Shown: piece by piece, positions 31,671-39,694 of the stretch
Layout of the letters: the number at the start of each line of letters is the position of its first letter
Position numbering within the stretch: the stretch's first letter is position 1
Source: an uncultured archaeon
Lineage (GTDB): Archaea > Thermoplasmatota > Penumbrarchaeia > JASLWR01
NCBI GenBank assembly: GCA_964430885.1
Contig: CAYSHM010000011.1
Span: forward strand, 14,178 to 78,177
Length of the DNA stretch: 64,000 nucleotides
Direction: 5' to 3'
The notes under the pieces: generated by a model
Databases searched by the model: none
Told to the model about the DNA's origin: nothing
The model's input: only the letters and a program-made list of their open reading frames with translations
Translations under genes and position numbers: made by a program

Positions 31671-34454
31671 ATGAGAAGAGCAATAGCTGTCGGATTAATT
31701 TTAATTCTATGCATTAACGGGGCTAACCTATTTTTTCTAACTGCTGCCGAAAACGGAATTCAAACCATCGAACCTCAGGAGAGCTGGGTACTTGAATTGG
31801 ATAATCTGGTTTCAGGGGATCGGATCATTTGGAGTTGGAGCGTTGACGAATATCAGCTTGATTTCAGTCTAGTAGATCCCAATGATGGTATTGGCCATTA
31901 TGATATATTAGATGAGGATTCGGATTCGGGTTCTTTTACGGTGCCCATGGACGGTACGTGGACCCTATCATGGGAGAATACCATGGACCCCTCTGCTTCC
32001 TATGATTATTCAGTGGAGCTAACCTGGGATGTGGAAGTTGAACCCAGGAATATACCACCTACTGCCATTATCCTCAATTCCGAGACCGATGGAACTGCTC
32101 CTCATACTGTTGTATTCAACGGTTCTGGTTTGGATATCGACGGTGAGATAGTATCATATCATTGGGATTTTGGAGAGGGTAATGAAAGCAATCAGCGCAA
32201 TGTTACCTACACTTTCGATAATCCCGGTAAATATGTGGTCACTCTGAATGTTACCGATGACAGACTGGGCTATGATGAGACCAATGTGACAGTAAATGTA
32301 AATGAAGCCCCCGCAGCGATCTGTACGGCAGATCCTCTAGTGGAATATGTGGGTATGCCTATCCAGTTCACCGGATCAGGAACTGATAACGACGGGACCA
32401 TTGAGAGCTATCACTGGTGGTTCGGAGACGGCAACGAGAGCACCACCCAGAATCCCGTCTTCTCCTATGAAAGACCCGGCACCTATACTGTGGTACTGAA
32501 CGTAACAGATGACAAGGGGGCAAACGGAACCGCTTCTTTAACAGTGACAATACACGGTGTGGATTCGGATTGGAGTATGGGAGTGTATGAGATAATGCTG
32601 CTAGATGGATATGAGGTGAAATTCAGTGTCATTCTTCTCCAGTTCAATCCTTATGCACTTCAGGATATTGTTCAGAAGGTTGAATGGGATTTCGGCGACG
32701 GCCAAACAGAGGATGTTATAGGCATGTACGGGCTTGTCATCCACAAATATGCCGTGTCGAATAAATACAACTTCAAATGCAGGATCTACCTCAAGAACGG
32801 GTTGGTCAGCGATTGGCTTGAAGGCTCGGTTTCACCTTTAGCCACAGGGCAGAATTATATCTATCTGATCCTCGGTCCGATGGAATGGTCCGATGGCAAT
32901 CCTATGAGTGGAGTTCAGGTTACTCTGAATGGTGATACTAGGGCCTCTTACACCAAAACAACCAATGAAGGCGGTATAGCCGTTTTCGAAGATCCTGTGG
33001 ATTTCGGAACTTATTCATATAAGATAACAAAGACCGATGACGGAAAGACAGTTACCATATTCGAAGGTGATTTTACAATAGACGCCAATACCACTAACAA
33101 CGCTACCTGGGCGCCCCAGGGAGTGGATTTTGAATCACCTTATACCGAAGATGAGTTCGATGAGCTCGCAGGTTTCAAGGAGATCCAGCCCCCTGAGGAG
33201 AAACTCGAACAGGTGGAAGAAAAGTTCTTGGAAGATGTTCCCAAGGACCTCTATGTGGGCGATAAGAAGGTATCTGCCACTGTGAAGAAGGAAGATGATG
33301 ACACAGTGACCCTGGACCTTGATAAGGCCAAGGGAGTAAAGCTGGATAAGAACCAGCCGGTTGAAGTGGACAGCGACGGTGACGGTAAGAATGATATGGA
33401 GGTCACCTACAAGGGCGACGACAGCCAGGGAAACCCAATATTGATATTTGAGGAAAAAAAGGCCAGTAGCGATACGGGTGACGGTGGTAATACCCTTGTC
33501 ATTGTCATTGTAGCTATAGTGGTGGTTTTAATTGTTCTAATGGTAATACTCTTATTGGCCAGGAAGAAATCTTCTGAGGATGAAGAAGAACAGATGGATG
33601 ATGAAGAAATTGCGGATGAAGAGGAGTATTATGAAGATACCGAATTAGATGAATCGCAGGATTACGATTTCAAGGATGATGAACTGGGGGATGTAGAGGT
33701 GGTGGACCATTCACTGGCTGCATCTGATGGAGCAGTTGCCGAATTCGGGAAACAGGAGGAGGCCCAGTATGAATGTCCCGAATGCGGGGCTATGGTGGGT
33801 GAAACTGCATCTTCCTGTCCTGGCTGCGGTGTGCAGTTCTATGAAGAAGATATGGAAGAAATGGTGGAGCTTGAAGCTGAGGAAGAGGAGAGTGGAGAGG
33901 TAGAGGACGTGGGCTCAGCATCCGAAATGGAAGAATTGGAATCTTTGGATGAGGGCAACTCGGAAGCTCAAGATGACTATCAGGAGGAAGGGATGGTGGA
34001 GGATTCCTTAGTAGAATACAATGGCGAAAGTAATGCTTTGGATGAGTTTGGAGAATTGGATGATCTCTTCGATGATGAGGGTCAGCAAGAGGCTGATGAG
34101 GCCGATGGCTTGGATGAAGATGATGAATTGACCATGGACGATATAGAAGAGGCTTCTGAAGAGGAAGGCGGGGATTTTAAAGCAGAAACTGATGATATGG
34201 TAACGGTCGAAGAGGATATGGAAGAGGATATGGAAGAGGATATGGAAGAGGAAATGGAGGAATCAGAAACCGAGGAAATTTCCCAAGAAGTGATGGAAGG
34301 AAGTGACGTCACTGCTGAAGATTCCTCGGAAGCTCAAGAAAGTGACACCCACGAAGATGAAGACGAGGAAGAAGATGATGTGGGTGATGATACAGAAAGT
34401 GACGATGTAGAAGACATATTCTCTGATCTGGACGACTTGGACCTGTGGGAATAG
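31671..34454 (+). CDS. Single-pass surface protein: GOLD-like + PKD domains, TM, cytoplasmic zinc ribbon within a long acidic tail
   Basis: Signal peptide, WDFGEG/WWFGDG/WDFGDG PKD motifs, TM, CPECG..CPGCG, ~290-aa D/E-rich tail. Confidence 0.8.
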   Translation: MRRAIAVGLILILCINGANLFFLTAAENGIQTIEPQESWVLELDNLVSGDRIIWSWSVDEYQLDFSLVDPNDGIGHYDILDEDSDSGSFTVPMDGTWTLSWENTMDPSASYDYSVELTWDVEVEPRNIPPTAIILNSETDGTAPHTVVFNGSGLDIDGEIVSYHWDFGEGNESNQRNVTYTFDNPGKYVVTLNVTDDRLGYDETNVTVNVNEAPAAICTADPLVEYVGMPIQFTGSGTDNDGTIESYHWWFGDGNESTTQNPVFSYERPGTYTVVLNVTDDKGANGTASLTVTIHGVDSDWSMGVYEIMLLDGYEVKFSVILLQFNPYALQDIVQKVEWDFGDGQTEDVIGMYGLVIHKYAVSNKYNFKCRIYLKNGLVSDWLEGSVSPLATGQNYIYLILGPMEWSDGNPMSGVQVTLNGDTRASYTKTTNEGGIAVFEDPVDFGTYSYKITKTDDGKTVTIFEGDFTIDANTTNNATWAPQGVDFESPYTEDEFDELAGFKEIQPPEEKLEQVEEKFLEDVPKDLYVGDKKVSATVKKEDDDTVTLDLDKAKGVKLDKNQPVEVDSDGDGKNDMEVTYKGDDSQGNPILIFEEKKASSDTGDGGNTLVIVIVAIVVVLIVLMVILLLARKKSSEDEEEQMDDEEIADEEEYYEDTELDESQDYDFKDDELGDVEVVDHSLAASDGAVAEFGKQEEAQYECPECGAMVGETASSCPGCGVQFYEEDMEEMVELEAEEEESGEVEDVGSASEMEELESLDEGNSEAQDDYQEEGMVEDSLVEYNGESNALDEFGELDDLFDDEGQQEADEADGLDEDDELTMDDIEEASEEEGGDFKAETDDMVTVEEDMEEDMEEDMEEEMEESETEEISQEVMEGSDVTAEDSSEAQESDTHEDEDEEEDDVGDDTESDDVEDIFSDLDDLDLWE
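34209..34256 (+). repeat. 12-bp in-frame tandem repeat GAAGAGGATATG x4 (EEDM)
   Basis: Three perfect copies plus one with a single mismatch. Confidence 0.9.
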
Positions 34455-34614
34455 AACTAATAACGTCAACATCTGAAATGATTCATTGGAGATATACATA
34501 TCATCAGGATAAGTTAGGTTCCACCCTTGCAATAACAGTAGAAAAACCTAAGCAAATAAATCATTTTTTTGTTCCAGAGTTAGAATTTCAAATTTTTCAA
34601 AGAGGTGAAGCGTA

Positions 34615-36036
34615 ATCAAAGCCATAATACTGGGGTTGGATGGGGCGACGTGGAATCTCTTAAGGCCTCTAGCTGATAGGGGATATCTACCAACCTTCAA
34701 AAGGCTGATGACCGAAGGATGCTGGGGGAATCTCGAGAGTACAAATCCTCCTGTTACATTTCCTGCGTGGAAAAGTTTTTCAACAGGGATGAATCCAGGC
34801 AAGCTTGGGATATTTGGGCATATTCAGCTGGAAAATGGAAAATTAATTGTATGCAATTCAACCACTGCAAAAAATAATACTGAAATATGGGATCATATGT
34901 CTGCAGTTGGTAAGAGAGTAGCAGTTATCGGCGTACCCATTACCTACCCACCCAAGCCAGTGAATGGAATAATGGTATCGGGACCTTTCTCGGTGGGACA
35001 TAATTACACCTATCCGTCAGAATTGGAAAAGACCCTGGAAAAGAAATATAATTATGATCCTTTTCCCGAGGAATTCCTTCTATCTGAGGAAAAGGATATT
35101 GAAGTACTAATAAGGAATGTAAAATCCAAATTTGATTTTCTAGATGATGTAGTCGAAAAGGATTATGATCTGGTCTGTTCGGTCATTTTTGAAACGGATA
35201 CGGCCCAGCATTTTTTATGGAGAACAAAGGGATTGAAAAAATTCTGGAAGGTTATAGACCGCAGATTGAATGGTTTGGTCACTTTCATTGATAACAACCC
35301 TGAATACAATCTTATCATGTGTTCAGACCATGGATTTCATGGTATGAAAGGCGCTTTATATCTGAATGAATGGCTGAGGAAAAAGGGTTATTTGAAGTTG
35401 AAGGGTAAATTCAAATGGATTCACGTCTTAAGTAAAATGGGAATCACCAGCAACTTTCTTTATTCAATGGCAAGAAGGTTAAGACTTCTGAAGATACTCC
35501 GAAAAACCTTTTCACCCGAGACCCTTAGAAAGATCGGAAAGACACTGCCTACAAAAAATAAAATGATATTAGACCAGGGGATTGGGAGTATTATAGACAT
35601 GGACAGGTCCAGAGCTTTTTTTGTTGAAGGTGGTATTTATATTAAGAATCAAAGGGACAAGACAAAGATATTGAAGGAGTTATCCCGGTTGGAGGATAAG
35701 GATGGTATTAGATATCTGGATATAAAAGATAAAACAGACGAATATTGGGGTGATTATGTTGATGCGGCCCCGGATATTCTAGTGTGGTCGAAGTATTACT
35801 CTTTAAGAGGCCATGTATCTTTTGAGAAGCGGAAGGAATTGGTGTCATCTGCCGAGGAAGATAAGTGGGTTGCAACTCACCAGAAACACGGAATTTTTCT
35901 AGCTTACGGTGCGGACATCAAGAAGGGGAAGAGGGTTGACGCCCATATCTATGACATTGCACCAACTGTACTATCAATGTACGGATTGAAGAAATCAAAG
36001 GAAATGGATGGGGAAGTAATAGAGTCTATATTTTGA
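34615..36036 (+). CDS. Alkaline phosphatase superfamily (NPP-like) protein, paralog 3
   Basis: KAIILGLDGATW, STNPPVTFPAW..TGMNPGK, DTAQH, SDHGF. Proposed ATC start at 34615 behind GAGGTGA. Confidence 0.85.
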   Translation: MKAIILGLDGATWNLLRPLADRGYLPTFKRLMTEGCWGNLESTNPPVTFPAWKSFSTGMNPGKLGIFGHIQLENGKLIVCNSTTAKNNTEIWDHMSAVGKRVAVIGVPITYPPKPVNGIMVSGPFSVGHNYTYPSELEKTLEKKYNYDPFPEEFLLSEEKDIEVLIRNVKSKFDFLDDVVEKDYDLVCSVIFETDTAQHFLWRTKGLKKFWKVIDRRLNGLVTFIDNNPEYNLIMCSDHGFHGMKGALYLNEWLRKKGYLKLKGKFKWIHVLSKMGITSNFLYSMARRLRLLKILRKTFSPETLRKIGKTLPTKNKMILDQGIGSIIDMDRSRAFFVEGGIYIKNQRDKTKILKELSRLEDKDGIRYLDIKDKTDEYWGDYVDAAPDILVWSKYYSLRGHVSFEKRKELVSSAEEDKWVATHQKHGIFLAYGADIKKGKRVDAHIYDIAPTVLSMYGLKKSKEMDGEVIESIF

Positions 36037-36281
36037 AAAATCAGTTTGATATTTCAGCAATAAATTATGCTCATTTTAATTCTATACATGTGAATGGAGG
36101 TTTAGTGAGTGAATATAACCTACGAGATCGATAAAGGACACCAGAGTGACATGTTGAAAATATATGATAATGATAAAATGATTCTGGCGTTTGAGGGTAA
36201 TACTAAAGTCCGTATTTTTAGAAAGGATTATGTAGAGATTCGAGTGAAAGAAGATTTTCGAATTCAAAAGAAATAGTAATT

Positions 36282-36293
36282 GGCCCGCCCGGA
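36282..36293 (-). repeat. 12-bp direct copy of the tRNA-Pro 3' end (att-like)
   Basis: ggcccgcccgga at 36282-36293 is identical to 36357-36368. Confidence 0.7.
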
Positions 36294-36354
36294 CCGCAGA
36301 AAAATTGAATATTTTTCGAGGACTCTTGGGTCCATCATGAACTCAGGCGAATGA

Positions 36355-36427
36355 TGGGCCCGCCCGGATTTGAACCGGAGTCTATGGCTCCCGAAGCCAC
36401 AAGGATACCAAGCTACCCTACGGGCCC
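36355..36427 (-). tRNA. trnP: tRNA-Pro(CGG)
   Basis: GGGCCCG acceptor, anticodon arm GTGGC-TTCGGGA-GCCAT, T-loop GGTTCAAATCC, no encoded CCA. Confidence 0.96.
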
Positions 36428-36773
36428 ACTTATGAGCGAACATTTGTGAGCGATTAAGTTGGTCTGTCAGCGAAATCTTTGATGTTGCTATACGGCTCCA
36501 TTACGAGTGAAAGTTAAGCAATACTCTATTGTAAAAGAGATGGCCTATCCCTCAAATACTTATTTTCTGGAAAATGTACCAATTCTTATTAAGATATTGC
36601 CTTGATAATTTATTTTAAAAATCCAAGAGGCGACTAAATATTTACATTGACTGAAGCCTTTTTTTCAATTTTTTCAAGGAAAGGAATGTTTTTTACTATA
36701 ATGAAGATAATTTTTAATATAAAATGCGCTATTTCCCTCTGGTTAAGAATATTTAAATTCAAAGGTGATATTA

Positions 36774-37154
36774 ATGGGATTGTGGCAAGGAAGGTCCAAG
36801 AGAAAGGAGACAGGTGGCCGAAGACGACATACCAGGAAGAAAAGAAAATACGAGTTGGGTGATGACACGCTTTACACCTTCGTTGGTGAGAGAAAGACCC
36901 GAATGATCCGATGCAGGGGTGGAAAGGAAAAAGTAAGGCTTCTCAGAGCAGACATGGCTAATGTTATGGATTCAAAGACTAATAAATGTCAAAGGGTGAA
37001 GATAATAAGCGTACTGGAAAACCCTGCAAATGTTCACTATGTTAGAAGGAACATTGTCACAAAGGGAGCAATAATCGAGATTGAGGACGGCGGCAAAGCA
37101 AAGGTCACTTCAAGACCCAGCCAGCACGGCATTGTAAATGCTATCAAATTATAA
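36774..37154 (+). CDS. rps8e: 30S ribosomal protein S8e
   Basis: MGLWQGRSKRKETGGR, NPANVHYVRRNIVTKGA, VTSRPSQHG. Confidence 0.96.
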   Translation: MGLWQGRSKRKETGGRRRHTRKKRKYELGDDTLYTFVGERKTRMIRCRGGKEKVRLLRADMANVMDSKTNKCQRVKIISVLENPANVHYVRRNIVTKGAIIEIEDGGKAKVTSRPSQHGIVNAIKL

Positions 37155-37228
37155 TGTTGCCGATCTTTGAAATAATTATTGTTAGAGTTTAAGATGCAGG
37201 TATTAAAATTCAAAATAAAGATGATAAA

Positions 37229-37609
37229 ATGGTATCCAAAAGAGAAGGTTTTTTAGTTTTATGGCCGACTTATTTTGATAAGGAGACATCCCGAAGGGAT
37301 GGCCGTAGGATACCATCGTCATATGCTGTGCCCGCTCCAAGCGGGGAGGATATTGCTTTCATCTGCAGCCGAATTAAACTTACACCTCATTTGCATAAGG
37401 AAGTGGCCCATCCACGGGAACCCTTGCAAAAAATAACCAGGGTATTGGTCAGAAAACCCACTCACAAAGGTAAGAAAATCTCTAAACAGAAACTTCTGAA
37501 AATTATCGGAAAGCGCTTATTCAAATGGTTCTCTGAAGTTACTGAAAAAAGGAGAAAACAACAATTGGCTCAGATCCTAGATAAGATCAAGGTTTACGAA
37601 CAGGAATAA
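37229..37609 (+). CDS. srp19: Signal recognition particle protein SRP19
   Basis: VLWPTYFD..SRRDGRRIP, HPREP, SKQKLL. Confidence 0.85.
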   Translation: MVSKREGFLVLWPTYFDKETSRRDGRRIPSSYAVPAPSGEDIAFICSRIKLTPHLHKEVAHPREPLQKITRVLVRKPTHKGKKISKQKLLKIIGKRLFKWFSEVTEKRRKQQLAQILDKIKVYEQE

Positions 37610-37739
37610 GAAATGTTCATTATCACTACTGCCCTAAGATTTGAAAACGATTAGATAGATTAATAAGTTAAGATTGAAGTAATGATATTAACGAATACTG
37701 ATTGGAATGGGAATTTGAATACAGATATGAGGGATTAGT

Positions 37740-38069
37740 CTGGGACGAGAAAACAGGTATAATAATACAGATGATGGGTACATCCGGGTTAAGCTTCCGC
37801 ACAAAAAGAAAGGTGAGATATTCGCCATTGCGGAGGATCTTCTAGGTGGATCACGGCTTATTGTGATGTGTGAAGATGGCAAATCCAGGATGGCAAGGAT
37901 ACCTGGCCGTATGAAGAAAAGAATGTGGATCAAACCTAAGGATCTCCTTATAATAAAGCCCTGGCAATTCCAGGATGATAAAGCAGATGTTGTCTATAGG
38001 TACATCAAATCTCAAGCAAGTTATTTGTCCCGTAAGAATAGATTGCCTAACATTATTGATATTTTTTAG
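37740..38069 (+). CDS. eif1a: Translation initiation factor aIF-1A (proposed CTG start)
   Basis: IRVKLP..GEIFAIAEDLLGGSRLIVMCEDGKSRMARIPGRMKKRMWI..KPWQFQ..ADVVYRY. In-frame stop at 37728 and no ATG/GTG/TTG until 37863. Confidence 0.92.
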   Translation: MGRENRYNNTDDGYIRVKLPHKKKGEIFAIAEDLLGGSRLIVMCEDGKSRMARIPGRMKKRMWIKPKDLLIIKPWQFQDDKADVVYRYIKSQASYLSRKNRLPNIIDIF

Positions 38070-38241
38070 TAGCAAAATAACTGAAGGAATAATTGCATTT
38101 ATTCCTTGTTGGAATATATTTCAGGCGTCCATTCCAAATAATTCTACATCCTGTTGAAGTTCCGTTTTTTATTCGAGAAATATTAAAATGAACAATGAAA
38201 ATATTGGAATAATATGTCTAAACATACGGAAGATTGGTAAG

Positions 38242-39048
38242 ATGGGATCAAATGAGATGTATCAGCTGCTGGAGGAGAGGATTGATGGATATAGGAAGGT
38301 TAAAAGAACCAAGAGGGATGATTGCCAGAGAAAAGCTTTCAAAGAGGTTTTTGATAACTCCACATTAATGGTTCTCTATAAAATGATCACCAAGGGTTAC
38401 TTGGACACCATTGATTATCCCATATCCACCGGAAAGGAGGGTAATGTCTTCAAGGCCACTGACAGGGATGGGAATCCCCTGGTGGCAAAGATATTCCGCA
38501 CCACGGCAGTTACCTTTAAGAATATAATGAAGTATATAGAGGGGAATCCCCGTTACCGCAATGTGGGTGGGAATCGCCGTCAACTCATATTCACCTGGGC
38601 TAGAAAGGAGTTTGATAATCTCTCCCGTATGAGGAAGTACGGGATAAGGGCTCCAATTCCCTATTATGTTGATAAGAATATCATAATCATGGAGTATATC
38701 GGGAACGATATTTCTCCTGCACCGCTATTGAAAGCCGTACCCATTCCAGATCCAGATAAATTTTATTTAGATACCATAGATACCTATTTCAGAATGTTCA
38801 ATGAGGCAAAATTGGTCCATTCCGACCTGAGTGAGTATAATATATTGGTAGGGGATAATATGGAACTAATTTGGATAGACGTGGGTCAAGCAGTCATTTT
38901 GGATCATCACATGAGCTATAGCTGGTTGGTGAGGGATATTAAGAATATATCAAATTTCTTTAAAAGACGCGGCGCGGAGACAGATTGGAAAAAGGCGGTG
39001 AGATATGTCCGCTCAGGGGAGTTGAACCCTGAAGGATTTCAATGCTAG
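38242..39048 (+). CDS. rio1: RIO1 serine protein kinase/ATPase
   Basis: ISTGKEGNVF, WARKEFDNL, LVHSDLSEYNIL, IDVGQAV. Confidence 0.93.
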   Translation: MGSNEMYQLLEERIDGYRKVKRTKRDDCQRKAFKEVFDNSTLMVLYKMITKGYLDTIDYPISTGKEGNVFKATDRDGNPLVAKIFRTTAVTFKNIMKYIEGNPRYRNVGGNRRQLIFTWARKEFDNLSRMRKYGIRAPIPYYVDKNIIIMEYIGNDISPAPLLKAVPIPDPDKFYLDTIDTYFRMFNEAKLVHSDLSEYNILVGDNMELIWIDVGQAVILDHHMSYSWLVRDIKNISNFFKRRGAETDWKKAVRYVRSGELNPEGFQC

Positions 39049-39072
39049 ATATCAGTTTACGGGGTGAAATAA

Positions 39073-39633
39073 ATGCAGTATGTAAGAATACCGAAGGACC
39101 GTATTCCAGTTCTGATAGGAGATGACGGAAAAATCCGAAAACAGATCGAGGCCAAGACCGGAGCAATGCTTAGAATAGATTCATCAGAAGGAACAGTTAC
39201 CATAGATCTCTCTAAAGCGGAGGATCCCATGCATAAGTTGAAGGTCAGGGATGTAATCAAGGCAATTGGAAGGGGTTTTAATCCAAAAAAGGCTATGAAC
39301 ATAATTGACAGGGATCATTATTTTGAATTAATAGATATCAAGGAGTATGCTGGAAACAATCCCAAAAGGATCAAGCAGTTAAAGGGAAGGCTTATCGGTA
39401 AGGAAGGGAAAACAAGAAGGCTGGTAGAGAACCTCACCGACTGTCGCCTTTCAATTTACGGCCATACTGTTGGCATGATCGGGGAGGTGTTGAATGTTTC
39501 CATTGCTAAAACTGCTATAGATATGCTTCTGGAAGGTTCAAAACATGCCAAGGTTTATCAGTACCTGGAAAGCAAGCAGAGAGATCTTCGGTACAAGGAT
39601 GATAATTATTTTTACGATGGCGAAGAAATCTGA
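39073..39633 (+). CDS. KH-domain ribosome-biogenesis protein (Dim2/Pno1 homologue)
   Basis: RIPVLIGDDG, AIGRGF, GRLIGKEGKTR, GSKHAKVY. Confidence 0.9.
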   Translation: MQYVRIPKDRIPVLIGDDGKIRKQIEAKTGAMLRIDSSEGTVTIDLSKAEDPMHKLKVRDVIKAIGRGFNPKKAMNIIDRDHYFELIDIKEYAGNNPKRIKQLKGRLIGKEGKTRRLVENLTDCRLSIYGHTVGMIGEVLNVSIAKTAIDMLLEGSKHAKVYQYLESKQRDLRYKDDNYFYDGEEI

Positions 39634-39694
39634 TCTTAACAATCAAGTATAACAAATAACAAACAACAACTGCTGTTTTCAGCACTTCTATATA

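Noticed and set aside
34209-34256. Possible CRISPR-like repeat
   Set aside because: Contiguous 12-bp coding tandem repeat with no spacers, and no cas genes in the window.
19005-36293. Glycosylation region as an intact tRNA-integrated island
   Set aside because: No integrase, and I found no distal att copy of the tRNA-Pro 3' end near 14-19 kb. The only copy is 75 bp from the tRNA.
37740-39633. aIF-1A-rio1-dim2 clustering as a new system
   Set aside because: It is a widely conserved archaeal gene neighbourhood.
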